A stretch of 62,849 nucleotides of DNA, counting the filler, from Stramenopiles sp. TOSAG23-2 (taxonomy: Eukaryota): assembly GCA_900128395.1 (NCBI GenBank). It is 5 parts of 5 records of this genome, joined end to end, with 100 filler letters (N's around TTAATTAATTAA, not from the genome) between each part and the next. Parts side by side here need not be neighbours in the genome. Positions count along the whole stretch, not along the records: positions 1 to 28,889 come from LT649395.1; 4 more parts are not named here. One strand, given 5' to 3'. Every line of letters begins with the position of its first letter. Position 1 is the stretch's first letter. Shown in pieces: positions 9,740 to 21,372 of this stretch. A program made the translations under genes and the position numbers. The notes under the pieces were generated by a model. The model made no database searches and had not been told where the DNA came from. It worked only from the letters and a program-made list of their open reading frames with translations.

Positions 9740-12475
9740 ATGTTTCATAATTTAGATGATAATGACGATAATATTGACAATTTAATAATAGATTTTCCGT
9801 CCAATAATAATGATAATAATAAAAATCAACAATATAATAATAGTTATGGTAAGAAAAAAAAACAACCACAAAGAAAAGGCTTCCATGCATTTGGATTGTC
9901 CAAACCTGTTTTAGGTGGTATATTGCGTATTGGATTTAAAATGCCTACACCAATTCAACGTAAAACCATACCATTAGGTTTAGCAGGTTATGATGTCGTT
10001 GCTATGGCACGTACTGGTTCTGGTAAAACAGCATCTTTTTTAGTACCTTTGCTTGAGAAACTTGGTAGTCATAGTACGACGGTTGGTGTTCGTGCTCTTG
10101 TATTGAGCCCAACTCGTGAACTTGCACAACAGACATTGCGCGTTGCAAGGCAAATGGCAAAATTAACTGATTTACGATTTTGTTTAATCGTTGGTGGTGA
10201 TTCAATCCATGCGCAGTGGGGTGCATTATCCGATAATCCAGATGTGATCATAGCAACACCTGGACGTTTAATGCATCATGTACGTGAAATTGATGATTTT
10301 ACATTAGATCGTGTAGAATGCTTAGTAGTCGATGAAGCAGATCGTTTATTTGAACTAGGATTTGCTATACAATTGGAAGAAATATTAGGTGTCATACCAC
10401 CATCTAGGCAAACGTTATTATTTAGCGCTACTTTACCCAAAATGTTAGTTGATTTTGCATCTGCTGGATTAAGAGATCCAAAATTAATACGATTAGATAC
10501 AGATGTGAAGATTAGTGAAAATTTAAGAATGGCATTTTTCACATTGCGATTGGAGGAAAAGCCACCTGCATTGATTTATATATTAAGAAATATCATACCA
10601 CAAGAGCAACAAACTATCGTATTTTTTTCCACACGTTTTCATGTTGAATACTTACATTCCATTTTACAATTAGCTGGTATTGATTGTTCAATGATTTATG
10701 GATCTATGGATACGATTGCACGACAAAATGCTTTATTGAAATTTCGTAAACGTAAAGTAAATGTATTATTAGTAACGGATGTTGCATCGCGTGGTATTGA
10801 TATACCATTACTTGATAATGCTATTAATTATGATTTTCCAACAAAACCAAAAATATATGTACATCGCGTTGGTCGTGTTGCAAGGCAAGGTAGAGTCGGT
10901 ACGGCAATATCGATGGTTAGTACAGATGAAGTTGCATATATGCTAGATTTGTATTTATTTTTAGGACGAGAACCAATTGATGCAAGTGGTACATCACCTG
11001 CGGAAGATGTTGATGAGAAAATAGCAAGGGATAAACAATGTGGTGATATGAAAGAGGAAGATTGCAGGCGGTATGATTGGAGACATATGCAAGCAAAGGA
11101 TATTCACATTGGATGTTTACCACAAGGCGAGTTAGACATTGAAAGTGAATGGGTGCAAAAACAAGTAGATGATAGTGTCAATGTGGATAATTTACATCGA
11201 TCTGCCATGAATGCGTATCAAGCATTTCATCGTACACGTGGCGATGCATCACATATATCAGTCAAACAGTCGAAATTGATGCCTTTGCCATTGATACACC
11301 CATTGTTACGTGATAAATGCAATACGGAGGAGCATAAAGTAAATATCTTTAAAAATCAAATAAAAAATTTTCGTCCAAATATGACTATATTTGAAATTGA
11401 TGCAGCTAAAAATGGCAATAAACGTCCAGAATCATTAACAAATAAAAGAGCATTACATGATAATGTTATCTCTAAACGTTTTCAACCGAAAATACAAATT
11501 GGAATTAATACTATTAACAACAACAATGTAAAAAATAAATCGGATTATTTAAACAATAATATCAATGATAGTAAAACCATGAAAGCAAATAAAGAGAAAA
11601 AAGAATTGGAAGAATTATTATCTGGTGGTAAAAATAATACGAATAATAATAAGAACAAGAACAGCAGCAACAAAAATACAGCAATTAAAAGTAAAAAACG
11701 TGTATCAAAACGTTCCAAAAAAAAAAATAATAGTTTATCCAATATCAATAATAATAATAATAATAACTCGAATGGAAATAATCATAATAAAAATAAATAC
11801 AAAGATGATACCCATTATATTGGTATGATACCAACAGATAGTTTTGGTGAAGCTGGTTATAAAGTTCGGGATGATAAATTATTAAGATTAAGCGATGCCG
11901 TATTTGATTTAGGTGCAGATGAGAAACAATTTGATGCAAAACGTCAAGTTCAACATTGGGATCGTAAAAAGAAAAAATATATTAAACTTGGTATTAATGA
12001 AATTGATGAAACTGGTCGACGTACAAATAAAAGTAGAAATAGTGGTTACGATAGTAAAGGTAGACGAATAGAGAAAGCTGATAAAAAATCATTGCAACAT
12101 CAATATTCCAAATGGATGAAAGAATCAAATCGTAAAATTAGCCATGTTGGCAGTCAAGAAGATAAAAGCCAACCAGCTGCACAATATAAACAAGATTGGC
12201 GTGGTGGTCATAAAACTGCAAAACGTGCACCAGGACAAAATTTACAAGCTGCTCCATTGGTAAAAAAACGTAAAAAAGGCGAACGTATTGTACGGAATGA
12301 ATTAAAAGGCAAAAATCAAATGAGAAAAGATTATCGTCTTGCAAAACGAAAAGAGGATATGAAAAATCCAAAAAAACGTAGAAAAAAATTAGGTGCAACA
12401 ACACCTAGACCATCGAAACGTAAAGTTGTTTTTGGTAATAGGAGTATTATGGGTGGTAGAAGTAAAAGGCGTTAA
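9740..12475 (+). CDS. DDX54: DEAD-box RNA helicase DDX54/Dbp10
   Basis: Q motif PTPIQRKTIP, ARTGSGKT, SPTRELA, DEAD, SAT, HRVGRVAR; DBP10CT-like WDRKKKKYI. Confidence 0.95.
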   Translation: MFHNLDDNDDNIDNLIIDFPSNNNDNNKNQQYNNSYGKKKKQPQRKGFHAFGLSKPVLGGILRIGFKMPTPIQRKTIPLGLAGYDVVAMARTGSGKTASFLVPLLEKLGSHSTTVGVRALVLSPTRELAQQTLRVARQMAKLTDLRFCLIVGGDSIHAQWGALSDNPDVIIATPGRLMHHVREIDDFTLDRVECLVVDEADRLFELGFAIQLEEILGVIPPSRQTLLFSATLPKMLVDFASAGLRDPKLIRLDTDVKISENLRMAFFTLRLEEKPPALIYILRNIIPQEQQTIVFFSTRFHVEYLHSILQLAGIDCSMIYGSMDTIARQNALLKFRKRKVNVLLVTDVASRGIDIPLLDNAINYDFPTKPKIYVHRVGRVARQGRVGTAISMVSTDEVAYMLDLYLFLGREPIDASGTSPAEDVDEKIARDKQCGDMKEEDCRRYDWRHMQAKDIHIGCLPQGELDIESEWVQKQVDDSVNVDNLHRSAMNAYQAFHRTRGDASHISVKQSKLMPLPLIHPLLRDKCNTEEHKVNIFKNQIKNFRPNMTIFEIDAAKNGNKRPESLTNKRALHDNVISKRFQPKIQIGINTINNNNVKNKSDYLNNNINDSKTMKANKEKKELEELLSGGKNNTNNNKNKNSSNKNTAIKSKKRVSKRSKKKNNSLSNINNNNNNNSNGNNHNKNKYKDDTHYIGMIPTDSFGEAGYKVRDDKLLRLSDAVFDLGADEKQFDAKRQVQHWDRKKKKYIKLGINEIDETGRRTNKSRNSGYDSKGRRIEKADKKSLQHQYSKWMKESNRKISHVGSQEDKSQPAAQYKQDWRGGHKTAKRAPGQNLQAAPLVKKRKKGERIVRNELKGKNQMRKDYRLAKRKEDMKNPKKRRKKLGATTPRPSKRKVVFGNRSIMGGRSKRR

Positions 12476-12678
12476 AATTTTAAATAAAATATTTTTAGGA
12501 AAGCTTTTTTTTTTTACAAGATATTTATCATCACACGCGTATTTCACTCAATCATCTAGAAACTACGCTTCGTGTGTACATATTTTTACAAAAATGTGTG
12601 TTCTCGTATATTATTTTGTGTTATATATTTATTTAAATAAAAATATATATATATATATAAATATGGGATCACATATTA

Positions 12679-12999
12679 CTAATTTTTACGTGTTACAGTT
12701 TCACTAATTTTTCTACTAGTAACACGTAAGATATCATCCGATAAGCGTAATTGATTTGACAATGTTTTCATAGCATTAATTGATGCAACTGCATCGATGG
12801 TTACCCACGATCCAAAATCATGTTTCTCCCCCACACCTTTACCTTTATATGTAAATGCAAATTTCACATCTTCTGTTTTATGTATACGACGTACAACACC
12901 ACCATCTTTTGTTAATACTTTAGTTGCATTTCTACAAATTTTATCTAAATGCGCCCGACTGACAGGTCGTACCGCAGACAATATTTGATAACACGGCAT
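12679..12999 (-). CDS. MRPS6: Mitochondrial ribosomal protein bS6m
   Basis: MPCYQIL...GGVVRRI...F..Y...H..G.W...L...LRLSDDILR fits the S6 family. Confidence 0.75.
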   Translation of the reverse strand: MPCYQILSAVRPVSRAHLDKICRNATKVLTKDGGVVRRIHKTEDVKFAFTYKGKGVGEKHDFGSWVTIDAVASINAMKTLSNQLRLSDDILRVTSRKISETVTRKN

Positions 13000-13879
13000 G
13001 TTGTTTATTTACGCGTATAATGTAATAAATTTCTTTTTCTTTCATTCGTGAGCAAACTTTCCTCAACAATATATATAACTATTCATTTTTTTTGTGGATT
13101 GCGATATTAATATTATTAGTGCATTTACATTACTTGTATTATTTTCGATTTTCGCGACGAATGGATGGTGCAATGCTGGAATGATGATTTTTTCCTCTAG
13201 ATTATTTCCTTCTATCTGGTTAAGGTATTATATATACCAGGTATTGTGCTATTATCCTATTGTTAATGATACCGATGACTATACCTCTTCTACATCTAAA
13301 ATACCTTAATGTACGTAGGAATATCAATTAGATCAATTTAAATTAGAGCATTTTTAATTTAGAGCGTGTCCAGGCGGCTTTCGTTTTTAAGGATAGTAGT
13401 ATCGGGAATTTAGAGTGGTTTTGTAGTGATAGGAGCTCTAGAATACATGCAAGCCTGGCAAGCTGGGCAAGCCCGCCCCGCCCAGCCCGGCAATCTTAGG
13501 GACATTACTAGGTTAAGGTATTTACATCGGTTTGGATTATAGCATTTCCACACCATTGGCAAAAATACGCCACGGAGTATGCTAATGCTATCCCCATCTA
13601 TACCTGGTATAAAAGTCGTCAAAATAATACATCAAGAACGTTACCTCTCGTGGTGATGCAGGTACAATATGTATTAAAATTTATAGTAAAAATTGTTGAA
13701 TACAAAAACAACTAAGAAAAGGAAAAAGGAACATATGATATAAATTGACAAAAAACATACCTTTTTGTTGTTGTTGTTGTTGTTGTTCGCCCGACATCAA
13801 TTCAATTGATAAACCATTGGAATCACATCTATTTCATACTTGAAATCGGATAAATTGTTGACATTCATATTTAATCACG

Positions 13880-16045
13880 ATGAGTAAAAAAAATACAATG
13901 ATCACTAATTTTTTCCGTACGTCGAAAAGTGGTGTACAAAATACAAATTTTAGTAATAACAAATCAACGTTTTCAACACTTCAAGATTCAACAAAATTAT
14001 CAGATGTAAACAAGAAGTATGATAACAGTAGTAGCAGTAGCAGTGAAAATAGTAAAACCGTATCGTTAAAACGAAAAAACAACGAAATTACGTTATCGCA
14101 GTCAACTGATATACAATATAATAATGATAATGTGACGAACAAAAAGTCAAAAACCTTTTCTGCTCCAGCACCACCAGAATCACGGCGCACAGAACCTAAG
14201 AAAACAAGTAATAAACAGTTAACGTTAGTGAAAAAATTACATCAACTTCAAGGAAAGATTGAAAACTTACGAGAGGAACGAAAACAAATGGAAGAAACTG
14301 GTAACGTGGAATCAGAGGTAGATCTTAATAAAGAGCTTGATAATATCAATCAATGGATACGAGAATCTCTTCTTGAACGTAACAAAATTAAAGAACAATA
14401 TAACAAACTTTTTGGTGAAAAGAAGGAAGATGGTTTAAATATACAAAAAGAAAAAGTGATGTTGTGTAATGTTCATGGTAGAATAAAAATACCTGGAGCA
14501 TGCATTGAAATGATCGATTCACCGCAATTTCAACGATTACGATATTTAAAGCAACTTGGTTTATGTTACTACGTCTACCCAACAGCATGCCACAATCGAT
14601 TTGAACATTCAATAGGTGTGATGCATTTAGCAGGAAAATTAGTTCATGGCGTATTAGATCGACAACCATATCTTAAATCTCGTGTAAATATTACAGATAT
14701 TTTATGCGTTCAACTTGCTGGTTTATGCCACGATTTAGGCCATGGTCCATTTAGCCACGTCTTTGACAATGTTTTATTAAAGCGACTTGATCCTAATTCA
14801 AATTGGACGCACGAAGATGCTGGATGCGATATCATCGATTACATGATCAGCAATGAAATTGTTGATCTTGAAAAATATGGTATTAATCATGATGATGATG
14901 TTTCATTTATTAAAGAATGTATTATTGGCGTAGATAAACCAGAATGTATTCGTAGGGATAGAGAAAATAGTTGGAAACGAGAACGATTTTTATATTTTAT
15001 TATCAACAATACTGAAAGCGGATTGGATGTAGATAAATTGGATTATTATCAACGCGATTGCAAAGCTGCAGGTATACAAGCAAATGATGCATTTGATGAA
15101 TTGTTGGATACGGCAATGGTTATGGAATGTGCTGATGGTGTGGAACGATTAGCATACCCAGATAAATACTATGAAAATGTTTTTGATGCATTTCGTATTC
15201 GTTTTGATTTACACCATAAAGTCTATCAACATCGTGTAGTAAAAGCAGTTGAATATATGCTTGTCGATGCACTGATTGCTGCACATGACCATTTTACTAT
15301 ACGCGGTACAAATAATAAACGAAAGAAATTAATGGAATGTTTAAATGAGCCACCAACTGAAATGAGGGAGGGAAAAAAAGGGGATCTTGCTGCATATACA
15401 CGTTTGAATGATTCAGTATGGACAATGATACAAAATGAGTCAAATCCAAAGTTGAGAAAAGCACAAGCACTATTATCTCGTATTGAAAATCGTGACATAT
15501 ATCGTTGCATCGGTGGAATACCATTACCTGAAGATGTTGAGAAACAAATGAAGGATGCAAAAGAGAGAGGGAACAAAAATGGTAAAGGCGATTTAGAAAT
15601 ATTTGAACAAGAAGAGAAAATATTGTCAGAAATTTGCCGTAATACAAATATTCCAGTTGGTAAATTGCGATTATGTATCAACAATATGCATCATGGAAAG
15701 AAAGAGAAAAATCCAGTCGATGAAATTTATTTTTACAAAAAGAATGGTGCAAAAGCTCAAAAAGTTGATAGTAAAAAATACGACAATATTTTACCAAAAC
15801 AATTTATTGATAAACAAATGAAAATTTATGTAACAGAACGTAAATATGGAGTGGAAGCACGTAATGCATTTACAAACTGGTGTACAAATAAAGGGTCGAC
15901 ATCACCAACACTTTCATTTAGCCAAAGTCAAGCAATTTTTTATGATCGGTATAATAATAGTAGCAGCAGTAGTATGGATGATGGCGATGATGATGATGGT
16001 GTTTCAGATTTATTTGAAGTTAAGAAGAAGAAGAAGAATATGTAA
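13880..16045 (+). CDS. SAMHD1: SAMHD1-like HD-domain dNTP triphosphohydrolase
   Basis: IDSPQFQRLRYLKQLG...HNRFEHSIGV...AGLCHDLGHGPFSH...HE...DVDKLDY: complete HD catalytic set. The N-terminus is low-complexity/coiled coil, not SAM. Confidence 0.9.
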   Translation: MSKKNTMITNFFRTSKSGVQNTNFSNNKSTFSTLQDSTKLSDVNKKYDNSSSSSSENSKTVSLKRKNNEITLSQSTDIQYNNDNVTNKKSKTFSAPAPPESRRTEPKKTSNKQLTLVKKLHQLQGKIENLREERKQMEETGNVESEVDLNKELDNINQWIRESLLERNKIKEQYNKLFGEKKEDGLNIQKEKVMLCNVHGRIKIPGACIEMIDSPQFQRLRYLKQLGLCYYVYPTACHNRFEHSIGVMHLAGKLVHGVLDRQPYLKSRVNITDILCVQLAGLCHDLGHGPFSHVFDNVLLKRLDPNSNWTHEDAGCDIIDYMISNEIVDLEKYGINHDDDVSFIKECIIGVDKPECIRRDRENSWKRERFLYFIINNTESGLDVDKLDYYQRDCKAAGIQANDAFDELLDTAMVMECADGVERLAYPDKYYENVFDAFRIRFDLHHKVYQHRVVKAVEYMLVDALIAAHDHFTIRGTNNKRKKLMECLNEPPTEMREGKKGDLAAYTRLNDSVWTMIQNESNPKLRKAQALLSRIENRDIYRCIGGIPLPEDVEKQMKDAKERGNKNGKGDLEIFEQEEKILSEICRNTNIPVGKLRLCINNMHHGKKEKNPVDEIYFYKKNGAKAQKVDSKKYDNILPKQFIDKQMKIYVTERKYGVEARNAFTNWCTNKGSTSPTLSFSQSQAIFYDRYNNSSSSSMDDGDDDDGVSDLFEVKKKKKNM

Positions 16046-16500
16046 TATTGGATATTATATTTACGGTGTGGAAAATCTTGTTTTATATAAAGATGAGATT
16101 ATAAATACTACATAATTTGTGTGGAGTTTTGTTTTTTTACCAAAACCTATGCATATAAAATATATATATACGTATTATATATATAAGAAGATTTTTTACA
16201 AATTATCATTTTTTAATAAATAGTATAGCTGGATAGCCACATCATAGCTCATCATTAATACTTATAATAGTATTTTATTACCTGGTACTGCAGGTATACT
16301 ACAGATGAGATAGATAAAAAAAAATAATATTATTTTATTATAAAAAATAATAATACAAAAAAATAAAACAAATATTTAAATAAACTAATATCCTCTCTGC
16401 TATATATATACATATATATAATTTCTACTCTATAAACAACATATTATATACGAGATACATTGTGATCATCACGTTTAAGATCACATCAAATAATAACACG

Positions 16501-18582
16501 ATGGAACAAATCAAACGTAAAATCGATAAACCACATCATATTATTATCGAAGTTGCACCATATTCTTTACCAACATTTGCATTTATTGCATGTTATTTTT
16601 GTAGCAATAAGCGGAAACGATTGAAAAGAGATGATGTAATACAATGGAAATTAAAAGAAGAAATATCGAAAACGAATGATAATAATAATAACAACAACAT
16701 CGATAACCATAAACGGTTGTATAGTGCAAATTCTATTTCGATATACTGGCGTCCAATCAATGAAGATGATACATATCATGTAAATAATAATAAGAATATT
16801 GTATCAATAACTTCTCATCATGAACAAATAACCAAAACAACACTTGAATCAATTCATTGGGCATGTAATCAAACATCATTTTACGGTAAACGACGTGGTC
16901 GGATCTTTAACGAATATGTGGAAAGTAAGCTAAAGCCTGAGATTCTTGATTTTATGGAACAAATAAATCAAAATAAATATTCCTGGGAAAATACTGTATT
17001 ACCACCAACTTTTTATGAGTTACAAGCACGACTACGAAAACGTGATTATGTTGCTTCAACGAATGGAATGTGTATGGCTGATGTGCTCGTATTTACATAT
17101 ATTAGTGTTTTTCTTTCAAAAGCATCCATGATTGATAAATTAAAAATACGTTTAATAGAAGAAACACCACATTTAGTACGATGGTATGGTAAAATGCATG
17201 TATATTTAAAAAGCATTTTATATCCAAATGAAGTTAATGATGATAAAAATGCATCCAACATTGATGATGATATAATGAAAAATTATTGTAAAACAAATGG
17301 ATATGATACAAATGATCCAATACTTGATGATTCGAGAATACAATGGTTGGTGCACAATAATAATAATAATAGTAAAAGTAGCAGCAGCGATAATAATACT
17401 GGTGTTAACTATGCAGATATGTTGAAGGTAAAATGTGAAAGTAAAACTTTTCGTGGTGTACGTAGTAGACCAACCGGAAAGAAGCGTACACAAAAAGTCA
17501 AACGCAATGAAAAACAAATAGTTTCAGTACCAGAAGATGATCACTCTAATAATAAGAATCATCATGTTGTCCATGATAATAATACAACAACAAATAATAT
17601 TATTAAAAATCCATTGTTGTTGTCTAGAATAGTTTCAAAAATTAGATCCAATACTAAACAAAACGATGATAAATGTAAGAATTCAAAAAATAATTATTTA
17701 GATTTTATTTTACAAACTAGTAATAAAAATATGAAAAGAACTGAATTAATAGAAGTTACATCGAAGAAATGGAATCGTGTAATTCCACGAAAATTAAATC
17801 CTGTACATTATAAAATGGGTCAATTAAAAGAAGAACGAAAGTTAAAGAAACAACAACAAGTTACGAATATGATTGCATGGGTCAATCATTTATTGTCATT
17901 GCCTGATAATAATACATATAATAGCGTAAAAACCAATGGCGAAAAAGATACGATGGAATCAAAGAAAAAGAAACGGAAAGTACGCGATAACAACGATAAT
18001 ATTATTGCGATAGATTTTTGTTGTGGTAGTGGTCATGTTGGATTAGCATTAGCAGCTATGCGTCGTGATATCACTGTGATTTTGATTGATTGTAATCCAA
18101 TTAGTATAGCTTTAGCGCAAAGTCGTGCTGCAGAAGCGAATGTCACAAATGTAAAATTTTTAACTATGGATATACGCGATTTCAACGTGCAAGAGTATCC
18201 GGGCATACGGATTGGATTTGCTTTACATGCATGTGGCCCTGCAACAGATTATGCATTGCAAAAATGTTTAGAGGCAAATGCATCATATGTATTTGCACCA
18301 TGTTGTGTAGGTTTTATACAAAATGAAAGCGACTATGCTCGTAAATTACCATGTAGTAGATTTTTTAGAGATACATGTCAAATACAACGTGATGAATTTT
18401 TGTTATTATCTCGGATTGCTGATCATACAAGTATTTTATCGGAGCAAGGTAGTCAAGCTATGTTACTTGTAAACGAAGATAGAAATTGTTTAGCAAAAGA
18501 AAATGGTTATATAACTAATCATACCACCATGTTACCAGCAACATGTACACCAAAAAATGATATTATATTTGGTATGATATGA
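16501..18582 (+). CDS. GSTCD: GSTCD-like protein (degenerate GST C-terminal region + class I methyltransferase)
   Basis: First ATG at 16501. MADVLVF...PHLVRWY (GST-C-like); KKQQQV.NM, IDFCCGSGHVGL, LHACGPATD, PCC, CTPKNDII. Confidence 0.75.
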   Translation: MEQIKRKIDKPHHIIIEVAPYSLPTFAFIACYFCSNKRKRLKRDDVIQWKLKEEISKTNDNNNNNNIDNHKRLYSANSISIYWRPINEDDTYHVNNNKNIVSITSHHEQITKTTLESIHWACNQTSFYGKRRGRIFNEYVESKLKPEILDFMEQINQNKYSWENTVLPPTFYELQARLRKRDYVASTNGMCMADVLVFTYISVFLSKASMIDKLKIRLIEETPHLVRWYGKMHVYLKSILYPNEVNDDKNASNIDDDIMKNYCKTNGYDTNDPILDDSRIQWLVHNNNNNSKSSSSDNNTGVNYADMLKVKCESKTFRGVRSRPTGKKRTQKVKRNEKQIVSVPEDDHSNNKNHHVVHDNNTTTNNIIKNPLLLSRIVSKIRSNTKQNDDKCKNSKNNYLDFILQTSNKNMKRTELIEVTSKKWNRVIPRKLNPVHYKMGQLKEERKLKKQQQVTNMIAWVNHLLSLPDNNTYNSVKTNGEKDTMESKKKKRKVRDNNDNIIAIDFCCGSGHVGLALAAMRRDITVILIDCNPISIALAQSRAAEANVTNVKFLTMDIRDFNVQEYPGIRIGFALHACGPATDYALQKCLEANASYVFAPCCVGFIQNESDYARKLPCSRFFRDTCQIQRDEFLLLSRIADHTSILSEQGSQAMLLVNEDRNCLAKENGYITNHTTMLPATCTPKNDIIFGMI

Positions 18583-19347
18583 TACATATGATACAAGGAT
18601 GTGACTGAAGGAGTATTATATGATAAAAATCGTACGAAGCCGTACATGATATTTTGATTTTTTTATATAAGCATAGATACACATATTCATCTCTCGTGTT
18701 TAACAAACAAAATTAAATATTTTTTTTATACAAAATAATATATATATATATCATTTTTATGTATCTCGTTTGTCCATTTTTTATTTTTCCCACACTCTCT
18801 GAACTATAATATATCATCTCTCGCTCTCACACAAAAATGGTTGTTTGTTATATTTTTTTTTTTCTGTCTCTCCTTTCCAAAATGTTAAATACTTCTTCAT
18901 TCAAAAAAATTACCATGTATATCATTGTTTTCACACCTCGTTTTAAACATTACAAAAGTTAAAACCTTTCTTAATGCATCCCAATTCAATAAATGGACAA
19001 TTTATACAGTATTTTTATAATTTTGCGTTGTCACTTCTTTTCTTTTCTTTCTTTTTTTTAATATCGTTATGTTTGTTTTCCTCCTCCTCGACAAAACAAA
19101 AACGACATTTTTTTTTTTTTTATAGTATACTATCATAATTGTCTGTAAAGAATGTAATATAACATGCTATCATACAATGCAAGTTTTCCAAACGTTCCCA
19201 GTTTCTAATAAAACGGTGTTCAGTAGCTTACCTTGGTATAAATTCCATGTATATTATATATCAATTTCTCTTCAAACCATATATATGTGTATGCATCGTT
19301 CGATAAATACATACACTTTTTTTAATCTAACTGTTCACGTCACAAAT

Positions 19348-19903
<556 letters not shown>

Positions 19904-21372
19904 GTTTTTCTGTTTTCTGTTTTATATAATTGTTTGTTATGTTTGTTATGTTTATATATCTACACACACACACATGTGTATATATATATATTTTTTTAAA
20001 AATATATCTATATTTGTGTTTTTCCTATAGTACTTACTGTTATTTTGTAATGACAGTTAATGATTGTTCATTCATTTCTTACGTGCATTTTATTTGAACG
20101 CACTTTGCAACTTGTGGTCTTCGAAAGTAGTAGTCTTTAAGTATAATATATAATACAATACTAAAATATGTACTAAATTTAATTTTTTTTTAATATAAAT
20201 ATATAATACATTACTAAAATATGTACTAAATTTAATTTATTTTTTATATCAATATTATAATATTTTCCTATCAACCAACTATCCTTTATTTAATAGAAGA
20301 AAGGAGATTTTAGTATATAATAAAGTACAAATAATCGTTATTAACAGTCGCGTTTTTTGATAAAAGAGTTTAAATCAGGATGTAGTATACGTATATATGT
20401 ACTTAAATTTAAAAAAGTGATAGGTTAAATTATCGTGTGTGCTGTTCGTATAGTTTAAATGCTACAAGTATGATTAATCGGCTATCCATCCTATTAGCGC
20501 TCAGAATTCCTAATTCTGGGAGACGATTTATGATGTAGGCACCGAGTACCATTACCACATCCAATAGCATCAAATAGCACAGCTAGAGCTACCTCTTTTT
20601 TTCCCTTGGCCCTTTCCTTGTCTTGTGCTGTCTTCTTAGTGAGTTTCTTGTGGTGATGTGTTCCTGTTCTTTGTACAGAAGATCAGAAGGGTATACTCAC
20701 ATTGCTAGATCTTTTCGATATGTTTTTCATATAGTAATAAGTACACACGTACCCAGAGGTTCATCACTACTAACACGCATCATGATGTAAATCTGATAGG
20801 GATCTAAATTGATATAATGTGGTCTATTATCTTCGAATACAATGCTATACACATGCTATTTAAAAAAAACAATAGTGTATCGTTTTAATTAGTGACAGGA
20901 TCGAGGAGCGGATGAGCGAATATTCACATTTTCGTCTTCATCACCAACCAATCTTTTTTTTTTTTTTCATTTTAAAGCTGATTTCTGGTGGTCCTTCCCC
21001 TCCAGTACAATATATGTATACTCCTGGCCAATCGATCCTATCACTTTCCATGTCAATTTGAGTCAATTACACATAGGCGGCACATAGTATTGAATTAGTA
21101 AGAAAGAATCATAAAATAAATATATATTATATATAGTGTTATTGATACAATCATTCACGTTCTCGTAGACGGATTTATAACATACATATCTATCTATCTG
21201 TATAAACTTTTGGTAAAAGAAATTGTATACGTATTGTTTTGATTTAGATATAATATTATAAATATATTTTATATTACATATATACACATATATCTATATA
21301 TTGTATATACATTTTTTTTTTGTATTTTAATCAGAAAAAAAAAAAGAAATTAGTAACAAAAAAAGTATTATT

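Noticed and set aside
13449..13492. GC-rich GCAAGC micro-repeat island
   Set aside because: Short and low complexity; cannot be assigned beyond a possible promoter element.
20420..21090. GC-richer stretch between H3 and eIF3a as a possible RNA gene
   Set aside because: No tRNA, snRNA or box motifs and no convincing stems that I could recognise.
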